DNA of 62,332 nt, counting the filler, from Nemertoderma westbladi (taxonomy: Eukaryota > Animalia > Xenacoelomorpha), in the NCBI GenBank assembly GCA_032718475.1. It is 3 parts of 3 records of this genome, joined end to end, with 100 filler letters (N's around TTAATTAATTAA, not from the genome) between each part and the next. Parts side by side here need not be neighbours in the genome. Positions count along the whole stretch, not along the records: positions 34,264 to 62,332 come from JAUCBJ010002702.1; 2 more parts are not named here. One strand, written 5' to 3'. The notes below the pieces were generated by a model. That model saw nothing but the letters and a program-made list of their open reading frames with translations. It was not told the DNA's origin and did not search any database. Positions 34,416-47,600 of the stretch are shown piece after piece (position 1 is the stretch's first letter; the number at the start of each line of letters is the position of its first letter). Made by a program: the position numbers and the translations under genes.

Positions 34416-37393
34416 CTACTACACTACTAGGTCGAGCGAACTCGGACAGTGGAAATGAGATCCTTCCAGGCTTCCCGATTCTCCATAGTTGTCGCAATTT
34501 CGTTTCTCCCAAGTTCAGTATCCCTTTCAAGTTGATCTATATATGTTATGGCCGGTCGTCCACGACTACGCTTTCCATGAGTTGGTTGCCAGAAAAGTAG
34601 ATCTGATATGACCTCGTCTTTACTTCGCCAGCAGTGCCCACTGAATCTTAATCTGCGTTCACGGAGGGTGGTTGATACAGGTGGTATTGTACCATAAAGC
34701 TCGGTGTTTGTCATGTGTTGTCTCCAGCTGATGTTTAGGGCTGCCCTTAGTAGTCTTGTGTAGCAACCATCAATTCGTTGTTCAAGTGATTTATTCAGTG
34801 TCCAGGTCTCACCCCCGTATAAAAATACACTTTCCACTGTGGCTCGAAAGAACTTAGTCTTCAGGTGCCTGGAGAGATCTGATTTCCAGATGGTATCCAT
34901 TTTTGATGAGCTACCCAAGCCTTTGCTTTCCTAACTTCTATGTCCTTTTTGCTACTCTCTATCCATGATCCAAGGTACTGGAAGTCATCGACCTTCCTTA
35001 GTTGATTATTATCAATGGTTGTCAAGTTTCCATCAACAGTAAAGGTCATGAATACGGTCTTGGTAGCATTTACAGTATATGCAATCCAACCTCCTTAGCA
35101 GCCCTCTCCACTTTATTTAGTAGAAGCTGTGTATCTGCTAGCGTATTAGAGAGCAGGGCGATGTCATCCGCAAAGTCGGTGTCTGTGACTGTAGTTGCCG
35201 GATATCTACTACTTCTGCGTTCTTGAAGTGTGAATCCCAGATCTTCACCCTTTGTGGCCGTCCTCATTGCGTAATCCAGCACAATTACAAATAGTAATGG
35301 TGCTAATGTGTCACCTTGCAGTACGCCAGCCAGGATTGAGAAAAACTCAGTTTCACCATCTGGTGAGAGTACCTGCGCTTCTGTGTCACAATATAACAAT
35401 CCAATGCCAGCAACAATTACTTCTGGTATTCCATAAACTCTTAGGATTTCAAGCATTTTACCTCTATGGATGGAGTCGAATGCCTTCTTGAAGTCCACAA
35501 TAAAAGTCATGACTGCGGGGAGATTCTTTGACTTAATTCCTTCAATCAGTCTCCGTAGTGCAAGTATCTGAGCTATTGTTGATCTACTTGGTCGAAATCC
35601 GTTTTGGCTCTTACGCAGTAGTTTCTCTATGTGAGGCCTAATCCTATATAGAATCATTTTATTCTATATTTTGGCAGCTACCACAAGCAGACAGATCCCA
35701 CGATAGTTTGTTGGTATGCCGAGGTCTCCTTTCTTGGGGAGAGGCTTTAGTTGACCTTTAGTCCAAATTGGTGGTGGCTTTTCCCCTTTTAACATCCGGT
35801 TGCAAACATTCAATAATGGTCTATTTAGCACTCCGGTTTTCCATACCTCCGCTGGGATTTCATCTAATCCACTCGCTTTATTATTGGACATGCTTTTAAT
35901 GCTTCTTTGGAGTTCGACAGGTGTGAAGTCCCCTGTTTCTATAGGTAGTGTCTTGTCATATATATTCCTTGTAGGGCTGACCTCGATGTTTGGTGGCTGC
36001 CCAAGCAAGTTGCTGAAGTGATTTTTCCACTTCCCAACACGTTCTTCAGGACTATTGGCTTTGAGGCGCCCCTTTGCACAACTTTTCCGACCAGATACCT
36101 CATTTACAGTTTGCCAGGTAAGTCTTGATTGTTGCTGTATGTGAGCAGTTGTAATTATTAATGTTGTATATTCATACATAATATATCATATATATATATT
36201 AGTACCGCACAGTAATGTAATGTAAATCTAAATTGTAGTAATGTAAAGTAAATTTAAGTAATTAACTAATATGTAAGTAGCACAAAAAAAAAACAAGGAA
36301 AAACACAAATAAGTATTGAGACACTAGAAAATATCTAGAACGACGATACATATTTCAAAATTTCAATTAGTTCTTCAGATGAGAAATCTGGTACTGTACA
36401 GTAGTCTCATCGAAATACAGTAGCAATCAATAATTTCTTTACACAATTTAACTCGCCAGTTATCAGGTGGAGAAGGCACATATCTAACTGAAGCATATTG
36501 CTTCAGTTTTATCCTGTATGTACTTTTCCTGGCTGATGTTGTAGGCCAATTTAAGATCGTCCTTAGCTTTCTCAACCTTGTTAATGTTTTCGGTTGTTGG
36601 TTGTTCGGTTTTAACTTTGTAGGCTATCTTAAGATCTTCTCTCTTACAAGTAACCTCAGAGTTTTGCCATGGCACATACTGTTTTCGTTTAGGTTTCTGG
36701 GGGATATGCCTCTTAGCTGATTCCTTGTGGGCTGTTATTATATTCTGGTATATTGAATCGGTGGATTGGTCTTCATCCATTGACTGAAGTGCTTCAAAGC
36801 GGTTTTGAACTTCTACTGTATAAGCATCCTTTACAGCATTGTCAGTTCTGAGTTTCTCCCAGTCATAGTTGATTTGCTTGCTTGTCCTGGGTTTGCTGGC
36901 TCTCAAACTGAGTCTGATCTCTGCAGTCACAATTCTGTGGGCCGAACCAATTAGGTTGAACGAGCTGTATGCCTCGCAGTTGATCATGCTATTTCTCCAC
37001 TTTTTGTTTATAAGGATGTAATCCAGTTGTGCTTTGATTCCATTAGGGTATTGAAAGGTCCATAGCTTACCCTTACTCTTTTCGAATGTGTTGTTTGTTG
37101 GTATCAATTCACATTCTTCCATTAGGTCTAAAAGTAAGTACCCATTTCTGTTAGAACTGGTGTTATAGGTGTAACCCTTGATGTCTTCCGGGCCAATTTG
37201 CGCATTCAGGTCACCAGCAATGACTTTAACATTGTGTTTCGGGATGTCCTTAATAAATCCAGTCAGTTCTTCATAAAACTTGACTGCTTGTTCTGGCTCT
37301 GATGCATTGGTTGGACTGTAGCAACATATAACTGTTGTCTTGGGATTCCCATCAAATGTTGCGATCATAACCCTGGAATTTATAGATTCGATG
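34416..37393 (-). mobile_element. 5'-truncated, frameshifted RTE-like LINE with 13-bp TSD
   Basis: APE end (AGDLNA, AQLDYIL) and RT (DFKKAFDS, GVLQGDTLAP, FADD, FQYLGS) split over five ORFs; (TAG)n tail; TGAACGATAATTA at 34403-34415 and 37394-37406; ~340-bp AT-rich insert at ~36155-36495. Confidence 0.9.
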
Positions 37394-38368
37394 TGAACGA
37401 TAATTAATTACAGAATTATCATTGCGGTTTGGGTTGTTGTCTGTTTGTATGCCTGTTTGTATGCATGTTTGTCTGTATGGTGTGGATGTAATTAATTGTA
37501 ATCCAAAACGCAAATAATTATTGCTGAAATGGCTATAGGCATAGTCCAGTAGTCTACGCTCGCTAGGCCTACAGGTACTTTCAGTATAAATTAGATCATT
37601 GATGCCCTCGATCCTCTGTGGAATTCCCATGGAACATCACATTGTCTGGGCGGATGCATTGCGCTTATTACATCTAAACATTACTATGATTGTGATCAGG
37701 TTATGGTTGATATAAGATGATGATGCCTTTGATAAATTGCGCAAACTGCGATTATTACAGTGGACAGTGGTTGCGTTTCCCCAACATATCTCTTTTCAAG
37801 CTTGGTGAGAATAACTCTTCCGGGAAGAAAAATATACTCGATTTATGACTACCAACAACCTGTCATCTGATCCATCATATGTTGACGTCACAATGAATTC
37901 TCCCTGAATCTGAAACTACAGTACTACAGTAGCTCGATTCATCATACTTTATCATTATACACACTGTGTCTGTATTTCATATTCCCTATCCTATGCTTAA
38001 TATTATTATGATGATCATTATTATGGTGTCCGGATATTGCAAATAATTTATTACTAATTCATGTATTGTGTAAAGAAATATTATACTGCATTTTTTTGTA
38101 AGAGTTGGGTCCAAAGGTGCCAAATTATGGTTGAATTGAATGGCCGTGGTAAAACTAATTATTTGTTACATGCAGACATGCCAAAGCAAGACCAGTTATA
38201 AACCTCACTGCTTATATGTTCTAAGTTTTTTTCCCATATGTAATAGGCCTACGTAATTTTATTCTTAAATTGGTCCTTCATTGTTGCTTAATTCTTTAAT
38301 AAAAGATAGAGCGATTGCGATATTGTGTTACAAAATAAATTGAACTGTTTTTCACATAAATATACTGT

Positions 38369-38551
38369 TGTGGCAGCCCCACATACATTGTACAGTCTCA
38401 GAAACTTTGTTATTACGGTCGCCTAGCAACCCTAGAGATGAAGTCTAGGCCGACTTACAGAATTGTACCACGGTACTGCAGTATGCCTTCAGCAATCACT
38501 CGAACTTGAGTTATATACGTTTTCGTTTCGTGGCTGGACGCCATCGCCACA
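38369..38551 (+). repeat. Gypsy 5' LTR
   Basis: One visible mismatch to the 3' LTR. Confidence 0.95.
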
Positions 38552-38656
38552 TTGGTGACCCAGCGTCTCAAGACGAACTCTTGAGACCGCGACTCGCAAC
38601 ACGATCCTGCAATCGAACTGGAACAGCCACCGACGACCGAAACTGTGTTGACGACA

Positions 38657-41600
38657 ATGGCCGAAGCGACCGCCAACGCCGTTTCTATTAAACTGCCTCC
38701 ATTCTGGACCACCCAACCCGAGGTGTGGTTCGCCCAGGCGGAGGCGCAGTTCCACATTCGGAGCATCACCGAGGACGCTACCAAATATTATTACGTGGTG
38801 GGGGCCCTCGACCAGGAGACAGCCGCTCGCCTCCTAAAACTCATACGGAACCCTCCAGCTACTGATAAGTACCTCAAACTCAAGGGCCAACTTCTCAAGG
38901 CCTTCGGGCTCTCCCGACGCGAGCGCGCAGCCCGACTCTGGGACCTCGACGGCCTCGGTGACCGGCGCCCCTCGCAACTCCTCGGAGAAATGCAGGCGCT
39001 CCTCGGCGACGACAATGCGGGGGCGGGACTCCTCTTCGAGGAGGCCTTCCTCCGGCAGATGCCCGCCGCAATCCGCCTCCAACTCGCGGAGGAGGACTTC
39101 CGCGACCTCGACAGGGTTGCGGACCGGGCCGACGCGCTGTGGGAGGCCTCCCGGCAGACCTCACGCGCAGCCCACGCCGTCAGGAAACCGACGCCGGTCC
39201 CGCCACAGCGAACCGGCAAGAACTCCTCGTCGGTGTCGACTCCGTACAAAACGTACATCCGAACGTACGGCGACCGCTCCGTCAAACTCGACTTCCACTA
39301 TCGCCGGTTCCAGTGGAAGTTTATCGCGGCCGACGTCGCCCAGCCTCTCCTCGGAGCCGACTTCCTCCGAGCGAACAACATGTTGGTCGACCTGAGAGGC
39401 CGCCGTCTGGTCGACGCCGAGACGTTGACCTCGATCCCGTACGGGCGGACTACGGGCCACGCCCCCCACCTCGGTTCTGTCACCGCCTCGGACGACGAGT
39501 TCGCTCGGCTCCTCGCCGAGTTCCCCGATATTACGATCCCTCGGTTCTCTGACCCCACCGCGAAACACGGGGTCGAACATTACATCCCCACCGAGGGACC
39601 CCCGGTCTACTCCCGCGCCCGTCGTCTGCCTCCAGACAAACTCGAGATCGCGCGGGACGAGTTCCGGAAGATGGAGGAGATGGGGATCATCCGCCGGTCC
39701 AACAGTCCCTGGGCGTCACCCCTCCACATGGCCCCTAAACCCTCGGGTGGATGGCGGCCGTGTGGCGACTACCGACGCCTCAACGACGCCACGACTCCGG
39801 ACCGGTACCCCATCCCCCATATCCAGGACTTCTCCTCCAGACTGGCAGGGGCGAAGATCTTTTCTAAGATCGATCTGGTGCGCGGCTACCACCAGATCCC
39901 CGTAACCGAGGCCGACATCGCCAAGACCGCGGTTATAACCCCGTTCGGCCTGTTTGAATTCCTTCGAATGCCGTTCGGGCTGAAGAACGCGGCCCAGGCC
40001 TTCCAGAGACTGATGGACACAGTGTGCCAGGGACTCGACTTCCTCTTCGTCTACCTAGACGACGTCCTCGTCGCGAGTCGGTCCCCCAAGGAACACCGTG
40101 ACCACCTCCATCAGCTCTTCACGCGCCTCCAAGAACACGGCCTCGTGATCAACCTCGCCAAGTGCGAGTTCGGTCGGTCGACCATCGACTTCCTCGGCCA
40201 CCGAATCTCGGCCCACGGCGCCGTCCCGCTCCCCGACAAGGTCGCCGCCATCCGGGAGTTCACCCAGCCGACCACCGTCAAGGGCCTTCAGGAGTTCGTG
40301 GGGATGGTGAACTTCTATCATCGGTTCGTCCCCGCGGCCGCCGCCATCATGCGGTCCCTCTACGCGGCCCTTGCCGGTAAACCCAAGTCCCTCGACTGGA
40401 CCCCCGACATGGCGGCGGCGTTCCGGAACGCCAAGGAAGCCCTCGCCAACGCCACGATGCTCGCCCACCCCAACGCCAACGCACCGACGGCGCTCACCGT
40501 GGACGCATCCGGCACGGCGGTGGGCGCCGTTCTAGAACAGCTCGTCGGCGACTCGTGGCGCCCCCTGGCGTTCTTCAGCCGCCAACTTCGACCCCCGGAG
40601 GTGAAGTACAGCGCGTTCGACCGGGAACTCCTCGCGCTGTACCTCGCTGTCCGCCATTTCTGGTACTACCTGGAGGGCCGCGTATTCACCGCATACACAG
40701 ACCACAAACCCCTGACGTTCGCATTCGCCAAGATCAGCGACCCGTGGTCGAATCGGCAACAACGGCACATCGCCTACATTTCCGAGTTCACCACGGCGAT
40801 CGAACACGTTGCCGGCAAAGACAACTGTGTGGCGGATGCGCTCTCCAGGACTACCGTCAGCGCGGTTCGAACCCTCCTCCCCGGCCTCGACTACACGGCT
40901 ATGGCGAGTGCCCAACTCGCCGACCCCGAGCTGCCAACCTACCGCTCCGCCGTGTCCAGCCTCCAACTGGAAGACGTCCCGCTCGCCCCCGCCAACGTCA
41001 CTCTTCTTTGCGACGTTTCTCTCGGACACCCGCGCCCCGTCATCCCCGTCGCCTGTGCGACGGCGCGTCTTCGACGCCCTACACGGCCTGTCTCACCCCG
41101 GCGCTCGTACCACCAAGAAACTCGTCGCCGACAGGTTCGTGTGGCACGGCCTCCGCAAAGAGGTGGGCGAGTGGGCGAAGACCTGCATCCCTTGCCAGTC
41201 TTCCAAGGTGCAACGCCACGTCCGCGCGCCCCTCGGCACCTTCGCCACCCCCCACCGCCGGTTCGACCACATCCACGTGGATCTGGTCGGCCCTCTACCA
41301 CCATCGCGCGGGTTCACTCACCTGCTGACGATGGTAGACCGGTTCACTCGGTGGCCAGAGGCCGTGCCCCTCACCGAGACCTCCACCGAGAGTTGCGCCC
41401 GGGCTCTCATCTCCAACTGGATATCTCGGTTCGGCGTCCCCGCGGATCTCTCCTCCGACCGCGGTTCGCAGTTTACCTCCCAGCTCTGGTCCGCCGTCAA
41501 CCAGCTGCTGGGCACCCAACTGCACCGCACCACGGCCTACCACCCGCAGGCGAACGGACTGGTGGAACGTTTCCACCGCCACCTAAAGTCCGCCCTGCGG

Positions 41601-42209
41601 GCCTCGCTCACCGGCCCCGATTGGGTCGACGAGTTGCCGTGGGTTCTCCTCGGAATCCGGACTGCTCCCAAGGAAGACTTGGGGACCTCCTCCGCCGAGC
41701 TGGTCTACGGTGCCCCCCTCACCGTCCCGGGCGAGTTCCTTCCGCCGGCTACGAGCGCCCAGCACTCGCCGTCCACGATCCTCCCTCAACTCCGGGATAC
41801 GGTCGGGCGGTTCGCTCCGGTACCGACGTCACGCCACGGACTGACTCCGTCGTCGGTTCCACCGGACCTCCACGACGCTACCTACGTTTTCGTCTGGCGC
41901 GACGCCCACCGGACGCCATTCGAACGCCCCTACGAGGGGCCTTACAAGGTCCTCACCCCCGGACCCAAAACATTTAAGATCGAGATGGGCGGTCGAACTG
42001 AAACGATTTCAGTCGACCGACTCAAACCGGCCCATCTCGATTTTACCGAGCCGGTCGTTATCGGCCAACCGCGGCGCCGAGGTCGACCCCCGAACGCACC
42101 TCCGGTACCTCCTACACCGCCGGTACTAACGCAAAGACCACCAACCCCAACCCAACCGCCCGTACAAACTCGATCGGGCCGGACGGTCCGTCCACCTGAT
42201 TATCTGTAA
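38657..42209 (+). pseudogene. Gypsy gag-pol (gag, partial protease, RT, RNase H, integrase) with a frameshift near 41054
   Basis: WASPLHM, DYRRLN, YLDD, TVDAS, DRELLA, N.VADALSR in ORF 38645; HGLSH...C..C, DLVGP, SDRG, NGLVER, GPY in ORF 40809; no D(T/S)G motif. Confidence 0.9.
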
Positions 42210-42237
42210 TACGTTTCAAGACTGGGGGGGGGGGTCA

Positions 42238-42420
42238 TGTGGCAGCCCCACATACATTGTACAGTCTCAGAAACTTTGTTATTACGGTCGCCTAGCAACC
42301 CTAGAGATGAAGTCTAGGCCGACTTACAGAATTGTACCACGGTACTGCAGTATGCCTTCAGCAATCACTCGAACTTGAGTTATATACGTTTTCGTTTCGT
42401 GGCTGGACACCATCGCCACA
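42238..42420 (+). repeat. Gypsy 3' LTR
   Basis: Follows the poly-G tract; followed by CTGT. Confidence 0.95.
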
Positions 42421-42486
42421 CTGTACAAGAGTAATAAACACTAATAGTGCTACTTTTCATACAATAATGTAAATAGTTATTATAAT

Positions 42487-42975
42487 TTGTGTGTTTTATA
42501 TGTTTTTGTTTGTTTTTGTGTGTTTTTGTTTGTTTTTGTGTGTTTTGTTTCTTTTTACATGTTTTGTTTGTTTTTGTTTGTTTTGTTTGTTTTTGTGTGC
42601 TTTTGTTTGTTTTTGTTTGTTTTTGTGTGTCTTTGTTTGTTTTTGTGTGTTTTTATTTGTTTTTGTGTGTTTTTGTTTGTTTTTGTGTGTCTTTGTTTGT
42701 TTTTGTGTGTTTTTGTTTATTTTTGTGTGTTTTGTTTGTTTTTGTGTGTTTATGTTTGTTTTTGTGTGTTTTTGTTTGTTTTTGTGTTTTTTTGTTTGTT
42801 TTGTGTGTTTTTGTGTGAATTGTATGTTTTTGTTTGTTTTGTATGTTTTTATTTGTTTTTAATTGTTTATGTGTGTTTTTATTTGTTTTTGTGTGTTTTT
42901 GTTTGTTTTGTATGTTTTTATTTGTTTTTGTGTGTTTTTATTTGTTTATGTGTGTTTTTATTTGTTTTTGTGTGT
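42487..42975 (+). repeat. TG-rich low-complexity repeat (TGTGTTTTTG)n
   Basis: Seen directly; reverse-complement type of 34287-34372. Confidence 0.9.
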
Positions 42976-43323
42976 TAAACTGAACTAAACTAAACACCAA
43001 CCGGTAATATACTGCTCTAGGTTGGCCGTATTACTCAGCTGATGCCGTGCTGTCCCCCCATTGGCCGACAACCTAATTCTCGCCTTTACCTTTGCGGGAG
43101 TGTTTCCCCCCCCCCCCCCCCCCCACCGCTGCTGTTACTTTCCTTCTCCCCGGAGGCTTAACCTCTGACCCCCATTGTGTGCGGCCCTTTGGGGTTTGTT
43201 GTCCCCGTTTATTGGGGGTGATATGAGGTTGGTTGGTAATCAACCTCGTACTCCCCAATATTGCTTAAAGGCGCTCTTTCCCACTTTATGGGGGTTGGTG
43301 AGGCGGAATTGAATCCGCTCACA
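42976..43323 (-). repeat. Element D 3' LTR (distal ~175 bp missing)
   Basis: Near-identical to 50372-50720. Confidence 0.92.
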
Positions 43324-43949
43324 CTCCCCCCCATGCTATCTTCCCGGTGAGAAGATAGCATCAACCTCTGAGTGCGCTTCAATTCCGCTGGAAACTCGAT
43401 CTGCTATCGGGTGTGGGCTGGAGTTATTTTCTTGGAGTCGGCTTTCCAGGCCGCTCCCTATGGGTATGATAACGCTACCCAGTCTTGGTGCAACTTCCTA
43501 TCTTGCACCAAGACATCTGACGTCTCGTGTCGAGCCAATTGTGGCCTCTCACACAATTTTAAAAGCTCTCACTCTGCTCTAAACTTTCACTCTAACTCTC
43601 CTCTAACTCCACTCTAACTCCGCTCTTACTCTCTCCCCACTCTTACTCTCTCCCCACACCTGAATCGCACTCTAACTTCTCTCTCGCCAACAGCTCCTCT
43701 CATTATCTCTTTGCTCCTGTACTTGTGCTATCGTGCTATATATCTTATCTAAATCTAACTTACTAACTACTTACTATCTTCTAACTCTCTAGCTTACTAA
43801 CTACCTACTATCTAACTCTCTTACTACTTATTACTCTAACTCTATTAGCTCTAACTAACTCTCTACTAACTCTCTTCTTCTACTAACTCTCTACCTCTAC
43901 TAACTCTAACTCTACTAACTCCTAACTCTACTGCTACCTCTAACTCTGC

Positions 43950-44390
43950 TACCACCTCTATCTACGTGGCGCTTGCGGTGCCCACAACCACTCTGCTTAC
44001 TACCTCCATCTACGTGGCACTTACGGTGCCCACAACCACTCTACTACTACTTCCGTCTACGTGGCGCTTGCGGTGCCCACAACCCCTCTACTACTACCTC
44101 CATCTACGTGGCGCTTCCGGTGCCTACAACCTCACTCTGCTACTACTTTCTACATGGCGCTTCCGGTGCCCACAACCCTTCTGCTACTCGTGGCATGTTA
44201 ATATACCACACTCCCTTACCCCGCCGACTTCTAACCTAACTCGGTACTACGTACCCTCTACTCCCGTGGTATGTTTATACCACACTCCCTATACCCACCG
44301 TCTTCTAACCTAACCCGGTACTACGTACCCTCTTACTCCCATGGTATGTCTATATACCACACTCCCTATGCCCGCCGACTTCTAACGTTA
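43950..44390. repeat. Two short tandem arrays in the 3' region of D (~50-55 bp x5; ~75 bp x3)
   Basis: CTACGTGGCGCTT.CGGTGCCCACAACC and TATACCACACTCCCT...TTCTAACCTAAC recur. Confidence 0.8.
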
Positions 44391-44631
44391 ACTAATCTTC
44401 TAACTACTTACTATCATCTTACTATCTTCTACTATCTTATAACTACTATTTACTATCTTCTACTACTTCTAACTTCTACTAACTTTCTGACTTTCTAGCC
44501 TTTTACTTACTATCTCCTACTAACTTTCTTATTTAATTATTTAATTATTTTTATTATTTAAATAATTATTTGTGCGTGGGAAGGGCGTCTCGCCCTCATT
44601 CCCACCCCCTCAGTCCAAAAACATTGGACGA

Positions 44632-47600
44632 CTAAACTCTAAGGTGCCCCTTCTTCCACTGCCCTCCTATACGTCCTCTTACTCTTCGCCACACTTTCTT
44701 CGCCAATTCCAACTGACCAGGAATTGGTTCTCCCTCTTCCGCCACCCTAAAATCGGGTCTCTCCGCCGCCTTCTTAACTTCCTCGTCTCTTGGCCTCAAA
44801 ATGCCACCTCCCACCTTGTTGTCTCCCGGCGGCAGAATGAAAAGAAAGTGAAAGAACAGACAAAACAGAACGTACAATAGTAGTCCTATCCCTTTCCATC
44901 CTGTCTTCCTTCTCGACTTCCCCTTTGTCAGTATGCCTCTCAACCGGACCGGCATCTCTTCCGGACACTCCTCCGGACTATTGTCCTCCTGACCCTCCAC
45001 CGGACACTCCTCCGGACATCTCGCCATCTGCTCCTCTCCATCCCCATACCGATACTTGCTGGGACCCTTGTTCCATCCCATTGCCTCTAAGTCTTCCACG
45101 TCAAATCCATTCTCCTCCGCGGAGAATCCTAACACCAACTCTCTTACTGATACTTCCCCGTCTGGCTCATCTACCATCTCCGGTCTCTCCTCTGCGTCCT
45201 CTGCGTCTACGGTGCCTGGTAACATGCACCCTGATGTCTCGGTCACTCTGGATGGAATCTTGGTTTTAACTGGGCCGCTAAGTGTCCATCCGAATGGCGT
45301 GAGGATTGCCGTCGGATTCCGCTGTCTGTCTTCGCCGAAGACCATCTGTATTCTCTCGTGGGCCGTCGGGCAGTCCATTCCTACTATGGTGGACACCTTC
45401 CTAACGTCCACCTTTGGTATTGAGAAATCGATACTGCCAGGAATCTATATTGTCCGACCTCAATGTTGGTTGGTCACCTGGCGTCGATATTTATCGATTC
45501 TATCACGTGGATGGGGTCGCCCCATAGTCGCATCCCGGTGCAATCGCTGATATCCTGCACCGCCTCGTCCTCATCTCCAGGACCTCATCCTTACTTGAGA
45601 CGGTAGTTACCGCCATTCTATTCGGCCTCGTCTTTAGCCCTATCTCTTCAGCCACCCAGTTCTCCACCAGCAATAAGGCTGCTCCGCTGTCGACCAGCAT
45701 TAATGTCGTTACTGATCGACTGCCCTCTCCTGAAATCTTCACTGGTACTACCCCGAGTAGTACTTTTCTCTTCTTTCTTGCCACTGTCGTGCTTGTAGCC
45801 ATTGTTTGGCCTCCAGTCTCGGACTCTCTAACTGCTGTTTCTCTACACTCTCCGGATCTGTGTCCTTCTACCACACATCGATGACATAGTCCGTTTGCGT
45901 CTATGTAGGCTACACGATCTTGTTTGGGCAATGCTTGCCAGTGCTTATAACTCATGGTCTTATGGGTTCCGTCCCGATGTAATGGACATTCGAATCCTGG
46001 ATTATAGCATTCCCTGTATAGTCCTTCACGTATCGCGCGTAGGTTTATATCTACCGATTTAGTGTTTTGGTTATCTGTACTCGGCCTACTGGGTATGTTG
46101 GGATTGTGTTTATTTGTGGGGTTATTTTCTTTCTGTCCCTGCCACGGTGTGGCCCTACTCCCAGGTAACTGTGGGCTTGTAGTCCCCTGTGTGGCCGTGT
46201 GTGGTAGCGATTGTCTTACTCTTGAGAATGGATCTGCAGGATTGTGTTCGGGTTTAGGCCTGTTGTATTCGGTCTTTGGCGCCTTCCCCAAACTATCCTC
46301 ACTATAGACTGGGTCTGTGATCAACTCGGCTTCGTAGTTGAGGAAGTTTGACATTTCCTCTAGCCCTGGCTCCGCACCTTTCTTCTCCCGAGTGGAGCAG
46401 GCGATCTTCCTCCACTTGCTCCGCAGCCAGATCAGCAGTGCCTGCGCTATCGTGGTGATGTTATTAGATGCGTTGAGTTCGTATGGCGCGTCTAGTGTCT
46501 TCAGTACGATTAACGCCTTCTCGACCTTGTTAGCAAACGTCTTTATGCTAACAGGGTTATCCTGTAGGCCACCCGATGTTATACCCCTTAATGTCTGCCG
46601 GATGATTTTGGCTGGGTGTCCGTATTCCCTGTCTAGGGCCCACCATGCAGTCGTGAAGCCGCCCTCGATGCCCTGATACTGCCTCACGATGTCGTATGCT
46701 GGGCCTCCTGTATACACTTGTAGATATTTTAGGCACTCCGCCTGCGTCAAGTTCTTACTTAATATCTCGTTGCTGTACATGCGCCGAAATTGCAGGTATT
46801 CTTCCGGCCTACTTCCGTCGAATTTAAATGGCTCGACTGGTGGTAACTCGATCCTGGTCTTTAATGCATTGATTAATGTAGCCATTCCCATTGCCTGTGC
46901 TTCCAATGGGTTCGAGGGATGTTGTACAGACTCTCCTGTTGGGTGCGGTCCGCCCGTCCTGTCTGTTGACTTTATCTGAGTCGGATATATCATTGGGGGT
47001 AATGGCCCCCTCCATACTTCGGTATCGCACGACCTGTTCTCGTCCAGGGGGTTCGATGTTCTCATTGCTGTTCGAGTATATTGTTGATATTGTAATGGGG
47101 GAATGTCACCCTGTCTCCCCCCCCCCCCCCCCCCCCCCACCGGTATGTTTGGTACTGGGGTTGATGTTAATATATTGGGGCCCATACATCTATCTGTAAT
47201 AACTCTCCCCTCCCCTGGATATATGTTATGTCCCTGGATATTATAGTCATGCTGCTGTGCTGGTACCGATATAGGCCTATCCACTTCTTGCCTACCTACC
47301 GGCATGTACTCCGCGACTTCCGGATCTAATCCCGTCGTTCGCGCTACCCTATCGCCTACACTATCTCTCCCAGCATGGCCTATAATAGTATGTGCAGTAA
47401 GGCCTACAGTATGCCCTGCAGTCTGCATGTGCCCTTCCGAACCGAAGTTTAATCTTCTCGATTCTCGAATCTCCCTGCGACTACCGTACTCTCGATCGGC
47501 AGCTATATCCCGTCAGGAAGTTTCTCTTCGATCCCCTCTCCTGTTCTCTTCCTCGTATCGGTACGTCCTGTACCCTTCTCTTAGTGTGCGGTGCGTTTCT

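Larger units (their letters stand above)
38369..42420 (+). mobile_element. Ty3/Gypsy LTR retrotransposon, CsRn1-like, recent but defective
   Basis: 183-bp TG..CA LTRs; CTGT 4-bp TSD; PBS TGGTGACCC (tRNA-Trp-like); poly-G PPT; gag KLPPFW...WF.Q.EAQF. Confidence 0.93.

Noticed and set aside
38455-41789. Many overlapping and antisense ORFs in the Gypsy, element D and GC-rich liprin exons
   Set aside because: Shadow ORFs of GC-rich coding sequence with no recognisable motifs
42487-42978. Hydrophobic F/V/C/L ORFs resembling membrane proteins
   Set aside because: Translation of TG-rich low-complexity DNA, open in all three frames
43590-43950. Telomere-like (CTAACT)n
   Set aside because: Degenerate, internal to element D, not a regular telomeric array
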